Shown in pieces: positions 26,202-36,493 of a DNA stretch of 64,000 bases (the first letter of the stretch is position 1; every line of letters begins with the position of its first letter). The stretch spans positions 157,884 through 221,883 of the forward strand of contig CAYRUB010000001.1 of assembly GCA_964427405.1 (NCBI GenBank), given 5' to 3'. Source of the DNA: an uncultured Planctomycetales bacterium. GTDB taxonomy: Bacteria; Omnitrophota; Gorgyraeia; Gygaellales; Profunditerraquicolaceae. Both the position numbers and the translations under genes were made by a program. The notes under the pieces were generated by a model. The model had not been told where the DNA came from. It was given only the letters and a program-made list of their open reading frames with translations, and ran no database searches.

Positions 26202-26676
26202 AGAGCCGCATGGTTACAGTAACGATGCCTTTTTCTATGCTTACATCCAAAACATCAAGCGGCTTGGATTTCAACATTTTATAAAGCGCATCGAGTAAAT
26301 ACGAATTGCGCTGTTTTCTTAGATCAAAAGAGCATGCAAGATCAACATACTTTGCCCCCTTGTATTGAGACTCCTTGAAAAAGTTCCGGATATTTACCAG
26401 GTCTTTTGCGCCGATAATCTTAACCTCGCAAGGCGCGCGGTAATAAAAGGAGAGCTCTTTTATGTCGTTAAACACCTCAAGATAAAACTTTTCCAGGGAA
26501 AGCGGCTTCTCACTCTTATATTTAACTAGAGTTGCCTGCTCTTTTTTAATTTGGCTGATTTCGCTAACAGCGTTTTTTATGCCTCGGTTAATCGTGTTTA
26601 TTTCCGAGGCAAGATTCCACAGCAATACCATTAAAGCCAAAAGCGTTACTACAAAAATCAGGGTTATTCTTTTCAT
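26191..26676 (-). CDS. PilO-like bitopic membrane protein (putative)
   Basis: Single N-terminal TM, then coiled coil. Confidence 0.3.
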   Translation of the reverse strand: MKRITLIFVVTLLALMVLLWNLASEINTINRGIKNAVSEISQIKKEQATLVKYKSEKPLSLEKFYLEVFNDIKELSFYYRAPCEVKIIGAKDLVNIRNFFKESQYKGAKYVDLACSFDLRKQRNSYLLDALYKMLKSKPLDVLDVSIEKGIVTVTMRLYGT

Positions 26677-26748
26677 AGGTTTCTTAATTTAGAGGGTGAA
26701 CCAGCGGATCAAAAAAATAATCCGGCTGGTTCACGCCTTTTAGTTTGA

Positions 26749-26979
26749 TTATTGTTGTTTCTGTTCTTCGGGAGCCGCTGCTGCGCCGGCTTCGGTCTTG
26801 TTCTGCTCTGAGAGAAAATTGATTTTCTCCATATCCAGGAATAACCACAAATCATCCTGCCCTTTTTTCGCCCAGGACGCCCTGACCGGCAGGTTGCAGA
26901 CCTTTCCCACGAAATACTCGTTATGCTGTTTGCTTACTTTCCTTGAAAGCTTTCCGATAATAAACGACATTCCATTCAC
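26749..26979 (-). CDS. hypothetical protein
   Basis: 76-aa ORF within the T4P module. Confidence 0.2.
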   Translation of the reverse strand: MNGMSFIIGKLSRKVSKQHNEYFVGKVCNLPVRASWAKKGQDDLWLFLDMEKINFLSEQNKTEAGAAAAPEEQKQQ

Positions 26980-26986
26980 CTCCTTT

Positions 26987-28171
26987 TTAGAGAATATCCA
27001 GGGTGATTTTTAACCCCGGGTTGTCTTTAACCAAAATGTTTTCTTGTTTAGCTCCCTTAAAAACCTTTGGTAAACTCATTTTGCTTAAAGGCTTATCCTT
27101 TGAATCAAGGGACAAAATTGATTCAAAACTGTAAAGGCCGTTTGATGCTTGCCTTATGGTGATTAGCTCTGGGCTGTATTCAAACGGCAAAGTTTTAAGA
27201 AAAGCGTTAAGGTAATAAGGGAAATTTATTTTCTTCTTATTTCGTAAAATACTTTTGTATTTCGTTAGGTAATCTTTCTCTAGCGACTTGCTTGATGATG
27301 ATGCTTCGAGCTGCAAGTTTCTTAAGCGGCTGGATGCCGTTTTATTTATGCTGTAAACCCCTAAAAGCACGGCTAATAACACTGCAATAACTCCCAGCAT
27401 TATCCCAAGTCTTAAAACACGCTTCTTGGTAACCTCCAGTTCCCTTAAATGGATGAACTGCTCAGGAAGCATATAGTGCATGGAAAACTTACCCTGCTTT
27501 AATCCGGTCAAGGCAGGATGTTTGTCTTCAACATAAACAATATTCTCCTTTGTCTCGAAGCCGCTTGAGACAATCTCATCCAGTATTTCTTTGCTATTGG
27601 TGGCAATCAAAAATTTGATTTCTTCTTCGCTTTTATTCAGAGATTTATAATGTTCTTCGCTTCGCTTTAACTCTGTAGTAATCGTCTTTAAGAATTTTGT
27701 AAGCCTGCGCGGGGTGGTAAATACCTCCTTGTTAAAAATCGTAAGCAAAACCTGGTCGCCTAAATGATCCAGAAAGACTACTTTCTTCTTTTCATCCGGC
27801 AGGTTGTTGTTTCTAAAGTACTCCCTTAAAGCAACTGCGTAAGGAACCAGGAGCTTGACATTTCCAAAACCAAGATATTTATAAACCTCGTTAATCCTGG
27901 GTTTCTCAATGGCGATAACCTGGAAGAGGTTTTCGGATATTCTTTCCGACTGCGTCAGGTATTCACCTGTAAAAGCCGATGAAAGAACTTCATCGCGCCT
28001 TAAAGGAATCTTCTCCGGAGCAGCTACCTGTTTTTGCAAGGTATCTATGACTAAAACTAAAGCTTCCATAGATGAACCCTTAAAAACAGCCTGCATATCG
28101 CTCTTAGGGGCGATTCCGGTCTTACCGTCTAAATCGTAGTAAATATCATTATCAAAAATTAGGTAGTTCAT
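26987..28171 (-). CDS. PilM/PilN-like pilus assembly protein (putative fusion)
   Basis: 394 aa with a central TM (LGIMLGVIAVLLAVLLGV). Sits directly upstream of the secretin gene. Confidence 0.35.
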   Translation of the reverse strand: MNYLIFDNDIYYDLDGKTGIAPKSDMQAVFKGSSMEALVLVIDTLQKQVAAPEKIPLRRDEVLSSAFTGEYLTQSERISENLFQVIAIEKPRINEVYKYLGFGNVKLLVPYAVALREYFRNNNLPDEKKKVVFLDHLGDQVLLTIFNKEVFTTPRRLTKFLKTITTELKRSEEHYKSLNKSEEEIKFLIATNSKEILDEIVSSGFETKENIVYVEDKHPALTGLKQGKFSMHYMLPEQFIHLRELEVTKKRVLRLGIMLGVIAVLLAVLLGVYSINKTASSRLRNLQLEASSSSKSLEKDYLTKYKSILRNKKKINFPYYLNAFLKTLPFEYSPELITIRQASNGLYSFESILSLDSKDKPLSKMSLPKVFKGAKQENILVKDNPGLKITLDIL

Positions 28172-29715
28172 CGTGATAATATTTTAGGGGTTATGAAGAT
28201 TACCAGCTCTGTCCTGGTATTGGTTTTGCTTTTATATTCGAAAAATTTTCCCAAGAAAGGCAGACTGCGTAAAAGCGGTATGCCTTTTTCACTTACATTG
28301 TCATTAGAGGTAATCAGGCCTCCCACAGCGATTGTCTCACCGTCTTTAATCTTAACCAAAGTGTGCATGGACTTGGTTGAAGTCTTAGGCGCTTCAATTG
28401 TAGTACCCTGGCCCATGTCAATACTTCTAATGGCGTCCAGCGTAGTCACCACAGGGGTAAGCTGGACCAGTATCCGGTCATCCAGGATGCTGGCCATAAG
28501 CCGCAAACTCACTCCCTCCTGCACCTGGTCAGTGGTAGCGCTGGTAGCAGCGACACCTGTTCCGGTTGTTGTGGTTGTGGTATTGGCCACATAGCTGGTA
28601 ACAGTGCCTACCTGCACCATAGCTGCCTGGTTATTAAGGAGCATTATCTTGGGCTGGGAAACCACTTCAACTTTTCCCTGCGACTGCAGCGCTTTAATGA
28701 GTGCGCTTAAGCCGTTAGATACAGTACCAGAATCATCCTTAGGCCCTGTAGCTGTAAGCGTAAACAACCCTGGAGAAACAAGGTTCTGCGCGGCAAAGTT
28801 GGAAGATAACGTCAGTTGTTTTATATCTCCTAAGTTCTTGTAAATTGCGTTCCAGTCTATGCCAAAGGTATTCTCGCGAGAGAGTGTCACTTCCAGTATT
28901 TTTACCTCAACCAGGATCTGTTTGTTGGTTTCGGTATTTACCAGGTCAATGTAGCTGGATATTTTATCCAAAATCTGCGGACTATCCGTAACCATGACTA
29001 AACCGGCAAGTTTATTAAAAGAATATTTTCCGCTCGCAGATACCATCTTCGAAAGATTAAGTTCAACATCCTTCCAAAAAGATAAGCCATCTTCTTTGCT
29101 CTCCACAAAAACCCTTGCCCCCACCTTGACACTCATATTGGAATTATTGTTAGCGTTATTATTACTGGCAAATGTGGTCGTATCATCGGCTTTTGTCCAG
29201 GATTCATTGCTGATAGTGTCAGAGAAGGTTTGCGTGTTAGGCGGCAAAGTTAACTTAAAGGTGCGCGTTTCCTTGGCAAGGATCACCAAATCCTTATCCT
29301 TTACCTTAAAGCCGTAGTTTAAAGGAAAAAGCAAGGTGTTTAACGCCCGCCATACCGGCACGTCCTGGGTATCAAGCGAAACATTTATATTTGAATCAAT
29401 CTCAGGATCATAAACCACGTTATAGCCGGTTATCTCTCCTATCTTAGAAACAACAGCTTTTAAGCTCACTCCCTGGCTGCGCAGGGTAATCTTTTTATCA
29501 AAGACTTCCGGTAATTGAACCTTGAGGATTTCAGGTTTTGGTTTGGCAGTCTCTTCAGCGGACTTGTTTTCGCTGACTGCTGTTACCTGCGGTTTTTGTA
29601 TCTCTTTCCATTCCTCAATGAGAATCTTTGTTTTCTGCTGCTGGCTTTGCGCAAGTAAAAGGCTCGGGGTACACAGTGATATCGCGAGTAGCGAAATTAA
29701 GGTAATTAAACGCAT
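28168..29715 (-). CDS. secretin (PilQ/GspD family)
   Basis: C-terminal secretin signature VGGLITSNDNVSEKGIPLLRSLPFLGKFF...ELVIFITPKIL. Confidence 0.8.
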   Translation of the reverse strand: MRLITLISLLAISLCTPSLLLAQSQQQKTKILIEEWKEIQKPQVTAVSENKSAEETAKPKPEILKVQLPEVFDKKITLRSQGVSLKAVVSKIGEITGYNVVYDPEIDSNINVSLDTQDVPVWRALNTLLFPLNYGFKVKDKDLVILAKETRTFKLTLPPNTQTFSDTISNESWTKADDTTTFASNNNANNNSNMSVKVGARVFVESKEDGLSFWKDVELNLSKMVSASGKYSFNKLAGLVMVTDSPQILDKISSYIDLVNTETNKQILVEVKILEVTLSRENTFGIDWNAIYKNLGDIKQLTLSSNFAAQNLVSPGLFTLTATGPKDDSGTVSNGLSALIKALQSQGKVEVVSQPKIMLLNNQAAMVQVGTVTSYVANTTTTTTGTGVAATSATTDQVQEGVSLRLMASILDDRILVQLTPVVTTLDAIRSIDMGQGTTIEAPKTSTKSMHTLVKIKDGETIAVGGLITSNDNVSEKGIPLLRSLPFLGKFFEYKSKTNTRTELVIFITPKILSR

Positions 29716-30070
29716 AAGGCTCTCCTCCTTCTTTTTTAATTGGTTTGTTTTCTTTATCTTTGGGACAATTTATCGGATAACCCTCATTTTTACGCCACTG
29801 GCTAGGGTCAATTACTACCGGCTCATTATGCTCGGGGATAAGCACGCCGTTTTCAATGTGCGCCGGGATTTGCACGTTTTGCACAATTGGGCTAGCCCAG
29901 TAAAAATAAGGAAAATCATTGCCGTAAAAATTTGAGGCGAATTCCTGTATATTCTCCCTTACTCCAGTACGGTAACCCGCTTCAAAATTCTTGCTTTTTC
30001 CGCTAAAGGTAGAACAACCGGCTAAAAACAAAAGTAAACTCACTGCCAAAAACTTTTTAATGTAACCCAT
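29615..30070 (-). CDS. lipoprotein (possible pilotin)
   Basis: LAGCSTF lipobox. The ORF overlaps the secretin 5' end. Start uncertain. Confidence 0.35.
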   Translation of the reverse strand: MGYIKKFLAVSLLLFLAGCSTFSGKSKNFEAGYRTGVRENIQEFASNFYGNDFPYFYWASPIVQNVQIPAHIENGVLIPEHNEPVVIDPSQWRKNEGYPINCPKDKENKPIKKEGGEPYAFNYLNFATRDITVYPEPFTCAKPAAENKDSH

Positions 30071-32594
30071 AGGCTTTCTCCTTTACGCATTCGTTAATCG
30101 CTTCCAGATAATTTCCTGAATGTTTTTGAACTTTATTTTCCAAATAATCATTGTCTTTGGCATCACTTGTGGCTATCCAGTAAAGAAACGGATCAGGCAC
30201 AAGCCTGATTACGCCGCGCGATGTATCCGAAATTACAAGCGCCTCTGAAAACTTGCCTTTCTGCGTCTCAACGGATTTTAAAAGCTCTATTTCCTTATCC
30301 GTCAAAGAAGCGAATGTTTTTAAAGAATCAACGACATTCGGCTCCTGTTTTAGAAAAACCTTGTTTGCGGCATTTGCCTGGATTGCAATGCCGGAAGCTG
30401 CTCCCACCAGGTCAGCTATCTCCTGAGTGATAGCCACGGCAGAGCAGCGGTATTTACGATAAGTCTTAAAAGAGTTAGTGATAAATTCAGCGGTGTTCTT
30501 AAGCCGCAATAAACTCCAGGCCTCATCAATAAGCAAGAATTTACGTTTGGGTTTCATTTCAGCTGATGAAACAAAATTAGTGATGAAATACATAATGTTT
30601 AGCAAGACCACCAGCTGCAAATCAGAGTGAGCGCTTAAATTCCCCAGCTCAAATACCGTAAACCTTGAACCTAAGTTAAACTGATTCTGTCCGTCAAAGA
30701 ACTTTCCGAACTGGCCTTCCTTTGTAAATGGCCTGAGCTTTAAAGCAAGAGTGATGCCGATGTTTTCTCCAGTGCCAAGGCCTCTATTACAGGCGTGGCT
30801 TTTTAGCTTTTCTACGACGTCCGAAAGCGTTATTTCGGCATCGGGATTTTTTCTCTCTGCGTAGCTTGCGGCCACTGCTTTTTGCAGGACGCTTTCCTGT
30901 TCCCTATAAAGGCGCTCACGATCATCCCCTCCTGAGCACATCTCAGATAGAACCGTTACCAGAAAAGACATATGTTCCGGGTCAGGCTCTTTTAAGAAGG
31001 GATTTATGGTTACCGGATTGTTCAATTCGAACCTGATATACTGACCGCCTAAGATTTGGCAGAGCTTCCTATAAGAATCTCCTTTATCCAAAACAAAGAA
31101 GTGAGCATCCAGCCTTGAATTCTGCAATATAAAATCATTCACAAAAAAACTTTTCCCCGCACCTGATGCGCCGATAATGATTGCGTGCGGATTGGTATTG
31201 GAGTCAAAAAAATCCCAGAATACCGGCTCGCCTCTTCTGTTTAGATAAACTTGAGCGGGTGTTGATGTACCCTTGACTGAGCCGTATAAAGGAAGCATAT
31301 CGGCTAGATTGCTTGAGATCATACGCCTGGTGCGCTTGACAAAGTTTTCAAAAGTGTGGTCAAAGCACAAAGGCAGACAGGATAAAAATAAAGATGCGCC
31401 GATTATCTCTTCCTTTAGGCCCTCGCAACCCATGCGCGAGAGCATATTTAAGATATTGGCAATGGAAGTCTCGCATTTATCCTTTGATTCCCCGGAAACA
31501 ATAAAATGAATTCTCGGGTAAATTATTTTATGGCCTGAAGAAAAAGTCTCTCTGATCACAGAATCAAGTTCCTCTTTTTTCTCTACTGCCTCAATTGACT
31601 TATCTCCAAAAAAGTTAGAGCGCTGTGTAAAAGCAAAGGCTTTTTGTATTTTTATCCTGCTTATAGCTTCTTCCTGCTTGGGGATGTAAAAATTAATCAC
31701 CATGATAAAATCTTTTAATAAATCCAGCATGGAAAAACGCGTTCCCCGGGTAAGTTCTGCGGTAAACATTCCGGTTTCCGTGGAAAGCGGAAGTTCTTTT
31801 AAGGTAATGACCTTATAGAGTATTTCCTCAAACTCAAATCCTTCACCACCTGCCTTAGGGCAGTTGTATAAAAACTGCTCTTCCAAAGGCTCGTTTTCCC
31901 TAAATACCGGCATAGGCAAAGAATCCGCACGTTTGGGGTTAAGTAGCTTATAAAGCAGCTTGTGAAGATTGCTTTCGGTTAACTTTAAATATTTGATTTC
32001 GCAGGACCTGAACACTCCTTCAACCACATCGGAAAATCTGGTCATGCTCTGGCAATGCACCAGAAAATCATCCGAGAGCCTGTTTTTGATTCTGTTTGTT
32101 CCGGAAAAATAAGATGCGATTTTTTCACCAAGGTTTGCATGCGTCCAGAAAGTAAAATAACGCAAAGTAAAAAAACAGCGTATTCTCTTTGAGGAATAGC
32201 TGCCGGTATGCTGCTCAAAGAATCCACCTCTTCCCTGTTTTAGGTGGGTAAGTTTTGCAAGGCCTGCCTGTTTAATAATCTCATTATCAAACCCCTTGGA
32301 GAAATCCGTATACTTTTGAAGTTCATCCTGAAAATCCTCATCGCAGATGAGGATAAACTGGCAGCTCACCAGTTCTTCAGGAAGCCGAATAATTATTCCT
32401 TCAATCACTTGGGCCAATTGCTCCAGATAAGCAGGAGATTTGGTTTCGCTTTCGATTAAAGAGACTTCCCAGACCTGGCCCAGGCTTCCGTCTTTTAACA
32501 CAAAGAAGCCGTTTTCATAAGCGTAATACGGCAGGAGCTCTGTAAACGCTGTACCTTCCTCAAATAAAGCTTCCATGGTTTGCTGCTTGATCAT
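30057..32594 (-). CDS. traC: TraC/VirB4-family conjugative ATPase
   Basis: 845 aa. IIGASGAGKSF Walker A. N-terminal LPYYAYENGFFVLKDGSLGQVWE resembles the F TraC start. Confidence 0.85.
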   Translation of the reverse strand: MIKQQTMEALFEEGTAFTELLPYYAYENGFFVLKDGSLGQVWEVSLIESETKSPAYLEQLAQVIEGIIIRLPEELVSCQFILICDEDFQDELQKYTDFSKGFDNEIIKQAGLAKLTHLKQGRGGFFEQHTGSYSSKRIRCFFTLRYFTFWTHANLGEKIASYFSGTNRIKNRLSDDFLVHCQSMTRFSDVVEGVFRSCEIKYLKLTESNLHKLLYKLLNPKRADSLPMPVFRENEPLEEQFLYNCPKAGGEGFEFEEILYKVITLKELPLSTETGMFTAELTRGTRFSMLDLLKDFIMVINFYIPKQEEAISRIKIQKAFAFTQRSNFFGDKSIEAVEKKEELDSVIRETFSSGHKIIYPRIHFIVSGESKDKCETSIANILNMLSRMGCEGLKEEIIGASLFLSCLPLCFDHTFENFVKRTRRMISSNLADMLPLYGSVKGTSTPAQVYLNRRGEPVFWDFFDSNTNPHAIIIGASGAGKSFFVNDFILQNSRLDAHFFVLDKGDSYRKLCQILGGQYIRFELNNPVTINPFLKEPDPEHMSFLVTVLSEMCSGGDDRERLYREQESVLQKAVAASYAERKNPDAEITLSDVVEKLKSHACNRGLGTGENIGITLALKLRPFTKEGQFGKFFDGQNQFNLGSRFTVFELGNLSAHSDLQLVVLLNIMYFITNFVSSAEMKPKRKFLLIDEAWSLLRLKNTAEFITNSFKTYRKYRCSAVAITQEIADLVGAASGIAIQANAANKVFLKQEPNVVDSLKTFASLTDKEIELLKSVETQKGKFSEALVISDTSRGVIRLVPDPFLYWIATSDAKDNDYLENKVQKHSGNYLEAINECVKEKAYGLH

Positions 32595-32992
32595 TTTTTA
32601 TCTATTTCCTTATATGGTAGTATTAAAGGGATCTTCGTTTCATTCTTGCTTTGGCTATCGATAAACCAGCTTGATTCTTTTACCATGATATAAATCCAGT
32701 GTCCTGCCACCAAGACTTCAGGAGCGGATTTTGATTTATGCGCAGGAATCCAGACAAGGCGCACATCAGCTGGTTCAACCACAGGCACATAGGGCTTTAC
32801 ATAGCCGAACGCCTGTTTTATTTTTAAGTTGTCCTTTATATAATTAACTGAGTCAGCTCTTCCGTTTGAAACAGCTTGCAGGTATACGTCCATCACCTTA
32901 TTTGGGTTTTCCTTAACTAACCCTTTAGACGCAGCGCAGCCGCTAGTCATCAAAAGAGCCAAAATTACTGCTTGTAACTTCAAGGCCTTCAA
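32591..32992 (-). CDS. TraV-like outer-membrane lipoprotein
   Basis: Likely TTG start at 32992 with an AAGGAG RBS, giving MKALKLQAVILALLMTSGC lipoprotein signal. The ORF-track start at 33040 would overlap TraB by about 100 nt. Confidence 0.4.
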   Translation of the reverse strand: MKALKLQAVILALLMTSGCAASKGLVKENPNKVMDVYLQAVSNGRADSVNYIKDNLKIKQAFGYVKPYVPVVEPADVRLVWIPAHKSKSAPEVLVAGHWIYIMVKESSWFIDSQSKNETKIPLILPYKEIDKK

Positions 32993-34175
32993 TTTGCACT
33001 CCTTTCTGGATAACCAAAACCGCTTTTTTCCCCGCTTCAATCTTTACCGCGGGGATCATGGCTTCTAATTGTTTCTGGTAATAGCTGGACATTCCTTGCG
33101 CGCTGTTAGCCAGGCCTGAGAACATGGAATAACGTCCGGTGTTTCCGGTAACATTTTTAGAGGTCTGCCCGTAGGCGCCGACAACGCTGGAAGTTTCTGA
33201 TTCGGAAAGCGCTCCAGCGCCTCCAGCCAGGAATCCGGACAGGAAACTTAAACTCAATTGCTTTCCTGTATTGTAGATAAGCTCACCTGGTATGCCCAAA
33301 TGCCCGTCATCATCAGCCAGATACCCTAAATTTGATTCATGTTCAAAGACTTTACCATCCGGTAAAACTGTAGAAAAACTAACTACCTGGATAACCGCCC
33401 TCTTTGAGACCACGTCTCCTACTGCCTTACCAATGGCAAAGGCACCTTTTAAAGGGACTCTGGTATTATTCGGGCCGTAAAAGGCCTCATCCACGCTGAT
33501 TAATACCGGCAGGGGATTGCTTTCATTGGCAGGGGCATAAACGCCGGTAAGAAGAGTGCATTTGACAAAGCTGCCCAAAGGAAGATAAACGTACCTCTTC
33601 CCGGGAGCTTTTTCCTCGTTTCTTATTTCGCCGACCTTAGCCGTCTCTAAGTTAACCGATTGCTTGAGAGCTTGCGGCGTAGATACCGAGCCTATCAATG
33701 ACTCTTCCAAGGATCCGGCGCTTTGCCCCCGCTCAATGCTTTTTTTCGATAAAGGATTTTGCTTGTTGGCATCAGACATCCTCTTATCAAGATCGATAAC
33801 AATCTTGCTGACCTGGGTCTGGTTCTTGCGCAGGTCCTGGGAACTTTTTTCCACGGAAGCCATACGCTCATTTAAGGAATCGAACTTTGAAGAAATGTCG
33901 TAATACTGTTTTTCAATGCGGTTAACATAGGACTTGGTATCCACAGAGCCGGTTAAGACGCCCACGTCCTTATCCTGCCCGGATGAGGCGGCTTGTTTTC
34001 CTGCTGCCAGATCAAGGCTTTTCCTGATTTCTTTGGTTTCCTTGCTTCCTGCGAATAATAGGAACGCAAGTGCACCCATAAGAGTCAAAATAACTACAGC
34101 GGTAAATTTAGGATTATTGCGCGCTGCCTGCGGAAGCTTATTAAACCCGGGTATTTTATCTAGAGATATTTTCAT
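32943..34175 (-). CDS. traB: TraB/VirB10-family protein
   Basis: N-terminal TM, Ser/Lys-rich linker, C-terminal TrbI/VirB10-like domain (GxVxG..A). Position fits the F order. Confidence 0.65.
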   Translation of the reverse strand: MKISLDKIPGFNKLPQAARNNPKFTAVVILTLMGALAFLLFAGSKETKEIRKSLDLAAGKQAASSGQDKDVGVLTGSVDTKSYVNRIEKQYYDISSKFDSLNERMASVEKSSQDLRKNQTQVSKIVIDLDKRMSDANKQNPLSKKSIERGQSAGSLEESLIGSVSTPQALKQSVNLETAKVGEIRNEEKAPGKRYVYLPLGSFVKCTLLTGVYAPANESNPLPVLISVDEAFYGPNNTRVPLKGAFAIGKAVGDVVSKRAVIQVVSFSTVLPDGKVFEHESNLGYLADDDGHLGIPGELIYNTGKQLSLSFLSGFLAGGAGALSESETSSVVGAYGQTSKNVTGNTGRYSMFSGLANSAQGMSSYYQKQLEAMIPAVKIEAGKKAVLVIQKGVQIEGLEVTSSNFGSFDD

Positions 34176-34891
34176 TGGTTCAGTCCTTCTACAACCATAT
34201 AAGCTTTTGTCATATAGACGGAAGTTTTCTTTTTAATATCGTGCGGCCGCGGTTCAAGTATTTGAGTATCGATGCTGATGGTTAATAACCCAGGAAGTTC
34301 GATGTGCTCAATTGGCACAACCAGAGGCTTCCAGGTCAAGTTCTCAAAAGTCAAACAGAAGGCTTTTACGTTATTGGAAAATTCATAAACCTCATCTATA
34401 CTGATGCGTAATTTAGCGTTATTAAATATCTCCCTATGATTCAGTGTTGAGTTAACTGCGCCAGGCGGCTGCCTACCGGAAAGAAGGGCTTTCATCAGCT
34501 CAACCGTGTTTAGCGCATTCGCCTCTTCTTCGTTTGTCTGCTGATGATGATTATCAATCTTTATGCGGCTGGCTGCCCGGGCTTCATCCATGATCAGATG
34601 CAGGCAAAAAGATTCATTATCCTGAGTAACCACATAAACTTTAGAATCAAGGCTTTCCCGGGCCAGGAGAAACATCCTGTTTCCCAAAGTCTCAATCTGT
34701 AAGGCCTCGCTTGAAATGCTTTTTGTAATATTGGCGATCTTTTCCGGAAATTCCGCTTCCGTGATCATCCCGGTCTTTAGCCTTACAGTAATCTCAGAAT
34801 TATAATCCGAGGCTCTTGAAATATTTACTTGTCCTATAAATAACAACCCGGAAATAATCAATAAAATAGAAATTTTCCTGAATATCGTCAT
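34172..34891 (-). CDS. traK: TraK/VirB9-like protein
   Basis: Signal peptide, 239 aa. Assigned by order. Confidence 0.5.
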   Translation of the reverse strand: MTIFRKISILLIISGLLFIGQVNISRASDYNSEITVRLKTGMITEAEFPEKIANITKSISSEALQIETLGNRMFLLARESLDSKVYVVTQDNESFCLHLIMDEARAASRIKIDNHHQQTNEEEANALNTVELMKALLSGRQPPGAVNSTLNHREIFNNAKLRISIDEVYEFSNNVKAFCLTFENLTWKPLVVPIEHIELPGLLTISIDTQILEPRPHDIKKKTSVYMTKAYMVVEGLNQ

Positions 34892-35505
34892 TTTATCTCT
34901 ACCTCTTCCTGTTTTACCCCGGCGATCACCAAGCCGTAGGGGTTGGTTTCAATAGGCGGGATTCTTTGCAGGGTCACCGTATAGCAAAGAATTCGGTCAT
35001 CCAGCTTTTCCTTGCCCATAAAAATAATCTTTTCTCCTGTTAAAGTTACTTTAAAATCAGCGCTTGAATCTTCAAGCACCGGGTCTTTGCTTAAAGAGAA
35101 TAATGACGAGATATTGTCGCGCTCAACACGGGATATTTCATCCTCTAAGGAAGCTTTTGTCCTGGAAAGAAGTCCCGGAGCCATATAGCGCATTGCTCTT
35201 TGATAGGTGTCTTTTACTGTTTGGGGTGTGAAATTATTGCGGTTTAGAAGCCAGTTTGAGGCAAAACCACAGACTACGGCTTTATCTATATGATTGGGGT
35301 AGGCGACACCTGCCTCCTGCGCGCTTGGAATGTAATAAATAGCCTGGGGTTTTGTGGATACCCTGAATAAGGTAAACAGCAACCCTATGCAAAAAGCAAC
35401 TACGGCAAAAAGCGTGATTCCCAGAAATGCGGAAGTCTTTTCTGCGTGAGCCCACTTCTCAATAAAGCCTGTGCGTTTTGTTTTTTCTGTTTTTAGTTCG
35501 CTCAT
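34888..35505 (-). CDS. traE: TraE/VirB8-like bitopic protein
   Basis: Single TM then periplasmic domain. Assigned by order. Confidence 0.5.
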   Translation of the reverse strand: MSELKTEKTKRTGFIEKWAHAEKTSAFLGITLFAVVAFCIGLLFTLFRVSTKPQAIYYIPSAQEAGVAYPNHIDKAVVCGFASNWLLNRNNFTPQTVKDTYQRAMRYMAPGLLSRTKASLEDEISRVERDNISSLFSLSKDPVLEDSSADFKVTLTGEKIIFMGKEKLDDRILCYTVTLQRIPPIETNPYGLVIAGVKQEEVEIK

Positions 35506-35685
35506 GGCAAATAAAAAAAGGCTGGCCTTCCGAATGTTGATTCGGAAAACCAGCCCAGTTTTTCTCTGGTCTATTGTTCAGACCGAGGATACTGTGACTG
35601 AAAATTTACATTAATTAATTCTTGACTAACTTATACACCCTACTTTTTAATTTGTCAAGTTTATTTTTTTAGTCTTTTTTTATTC

Positions 35686-35877
35686 TTACTTAATTACAGA
35701 CCAAACCAAAGAAATCACCCATCCCAAAACTGTCCAGCCTAAAAACAGGTTTAATAAAAATATCGCCAGCATATTTTTATGCTGCCTTAAAAAAGCGATC
35801 AATGTCGGCAGGAAATAAAAAGCAAAAAATAATACTGCCAACAATAATCCCAGCACCGTGAAATTCTGCATCTGCAT
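35686..35877 (-). CDS. small two-TM membrane protein
   Basis: 63 aa, hydrophobic. Confidence 0.3.
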   Translation of the reverse strand: MQMQNFTVLGLLLAVLFFAFYFLPTLIAFLRQHKNMLAIFLLNLFLGWTVLGWVISLVWSVIK

Positions 35878-35879
35878 AT

Positions 35880-36167
35880 CTAACCCTCTCTCCTAAAAAC
35901 CGAATACCTGTTTATTTTCTTTGGCGGATCGATCAAGCCTTTTATTCTTACGCCATGTTTGTAAAACAAATGCGTAAGGTATCCTTGAGGCTTACCTTGC
36001 TTTATTAACCTTAAGAAGATCCAACCACCAAAGAAAACCATACCTGCGTAAAAAGTATCAAAGAATAGTATCATCGAGCCGCAGGCTAAAGCCAGTATAC
36101 CCACATCTTCAGGCTCGAGCCCAAAAAGAAGCAGCGGTTTATCAATGGTGCGCAGGCATTTTCTCAT
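35880..36167 (-). CDS. traL: TraL/VirB3-like protein
   Basis: ...GKPQGYLTHLFYKHG resembles the TraL family (G.Y..HL.Y). Confidence 0.5.
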   Translation of the reverse strand: MRKCLRTIDKPLLLFGLEPEDVGILALACGSMILFFDTFYAGMVFFGGWIFLRLIKQGKPQGYLTHLFYKHGVRIKGLIDPPKKINRYSVFRREG

Positions 36168-36490
36168 TATTGCTTAAACAACCCTTCCAGTATCTTGGGT
36201 ATGAACATCAATATCATGAACCCAAAGCCGCAGGCAATTGCAACACCCTGCTTGCCGTTTAAAAGCGCGATTACGCCGCCAATCAAAAGTACCGCTCCCA
36301 GGATCTTTGATACCGGCCCTGTGAGAATATTGATGATAAATGTGGCAAAGTCGCTCACCACCTGCTGCTCCTGGGTTGTGCTTATCTGGGCAAAGACATA
36401 GGGCGCAGCCAATATGGATAACCCAAGCACGAGGCACAGGACCGCAAGAGTCCTAACCACAAACTTCTTCCTGTTGATTTGCTTAAACAT
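36167..36490 (-). CDS. conjugative pilin (TraA/TrbC/VirB2-like)
   Basis: Signal peptide plus two hydrophobic helices. First gene of the tra block. Confidence 0.5.
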   Translation of the reverse strand: MFKQINRKKFVVRTLAVLCLVLGLSILAAPYVFAQISTTQEQQVVSDFATFIINILTGPVSKILGAVLLIGGVIALLNGKQGVAIACGFGFMILMFIPKILEGLFKQ

Positions 36491-36493
36491 TAC

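Noticed and set aside
32943-33040. Apparent ~100-nt overlap between TraB and the downstream lipoprotein gene
   Set aside because: It is resolved by a TTG start at 32992 with an AAGGAG RBS, which gives a clean lipoprotein signal peptide and leaves about 50 nt of overlap. It is not evidence of a frameshift.
36174-36437. 87-aa ORF overlapping the conjugative pilin gene in another frame
   Set aside because: It is entirely nested in a better-supported gene, with no RBS and atypical composition. The same applies to 16790-17065, 21360-21548, 23041-23241, 32042-32227, 43554-43745 and 45551-45733.
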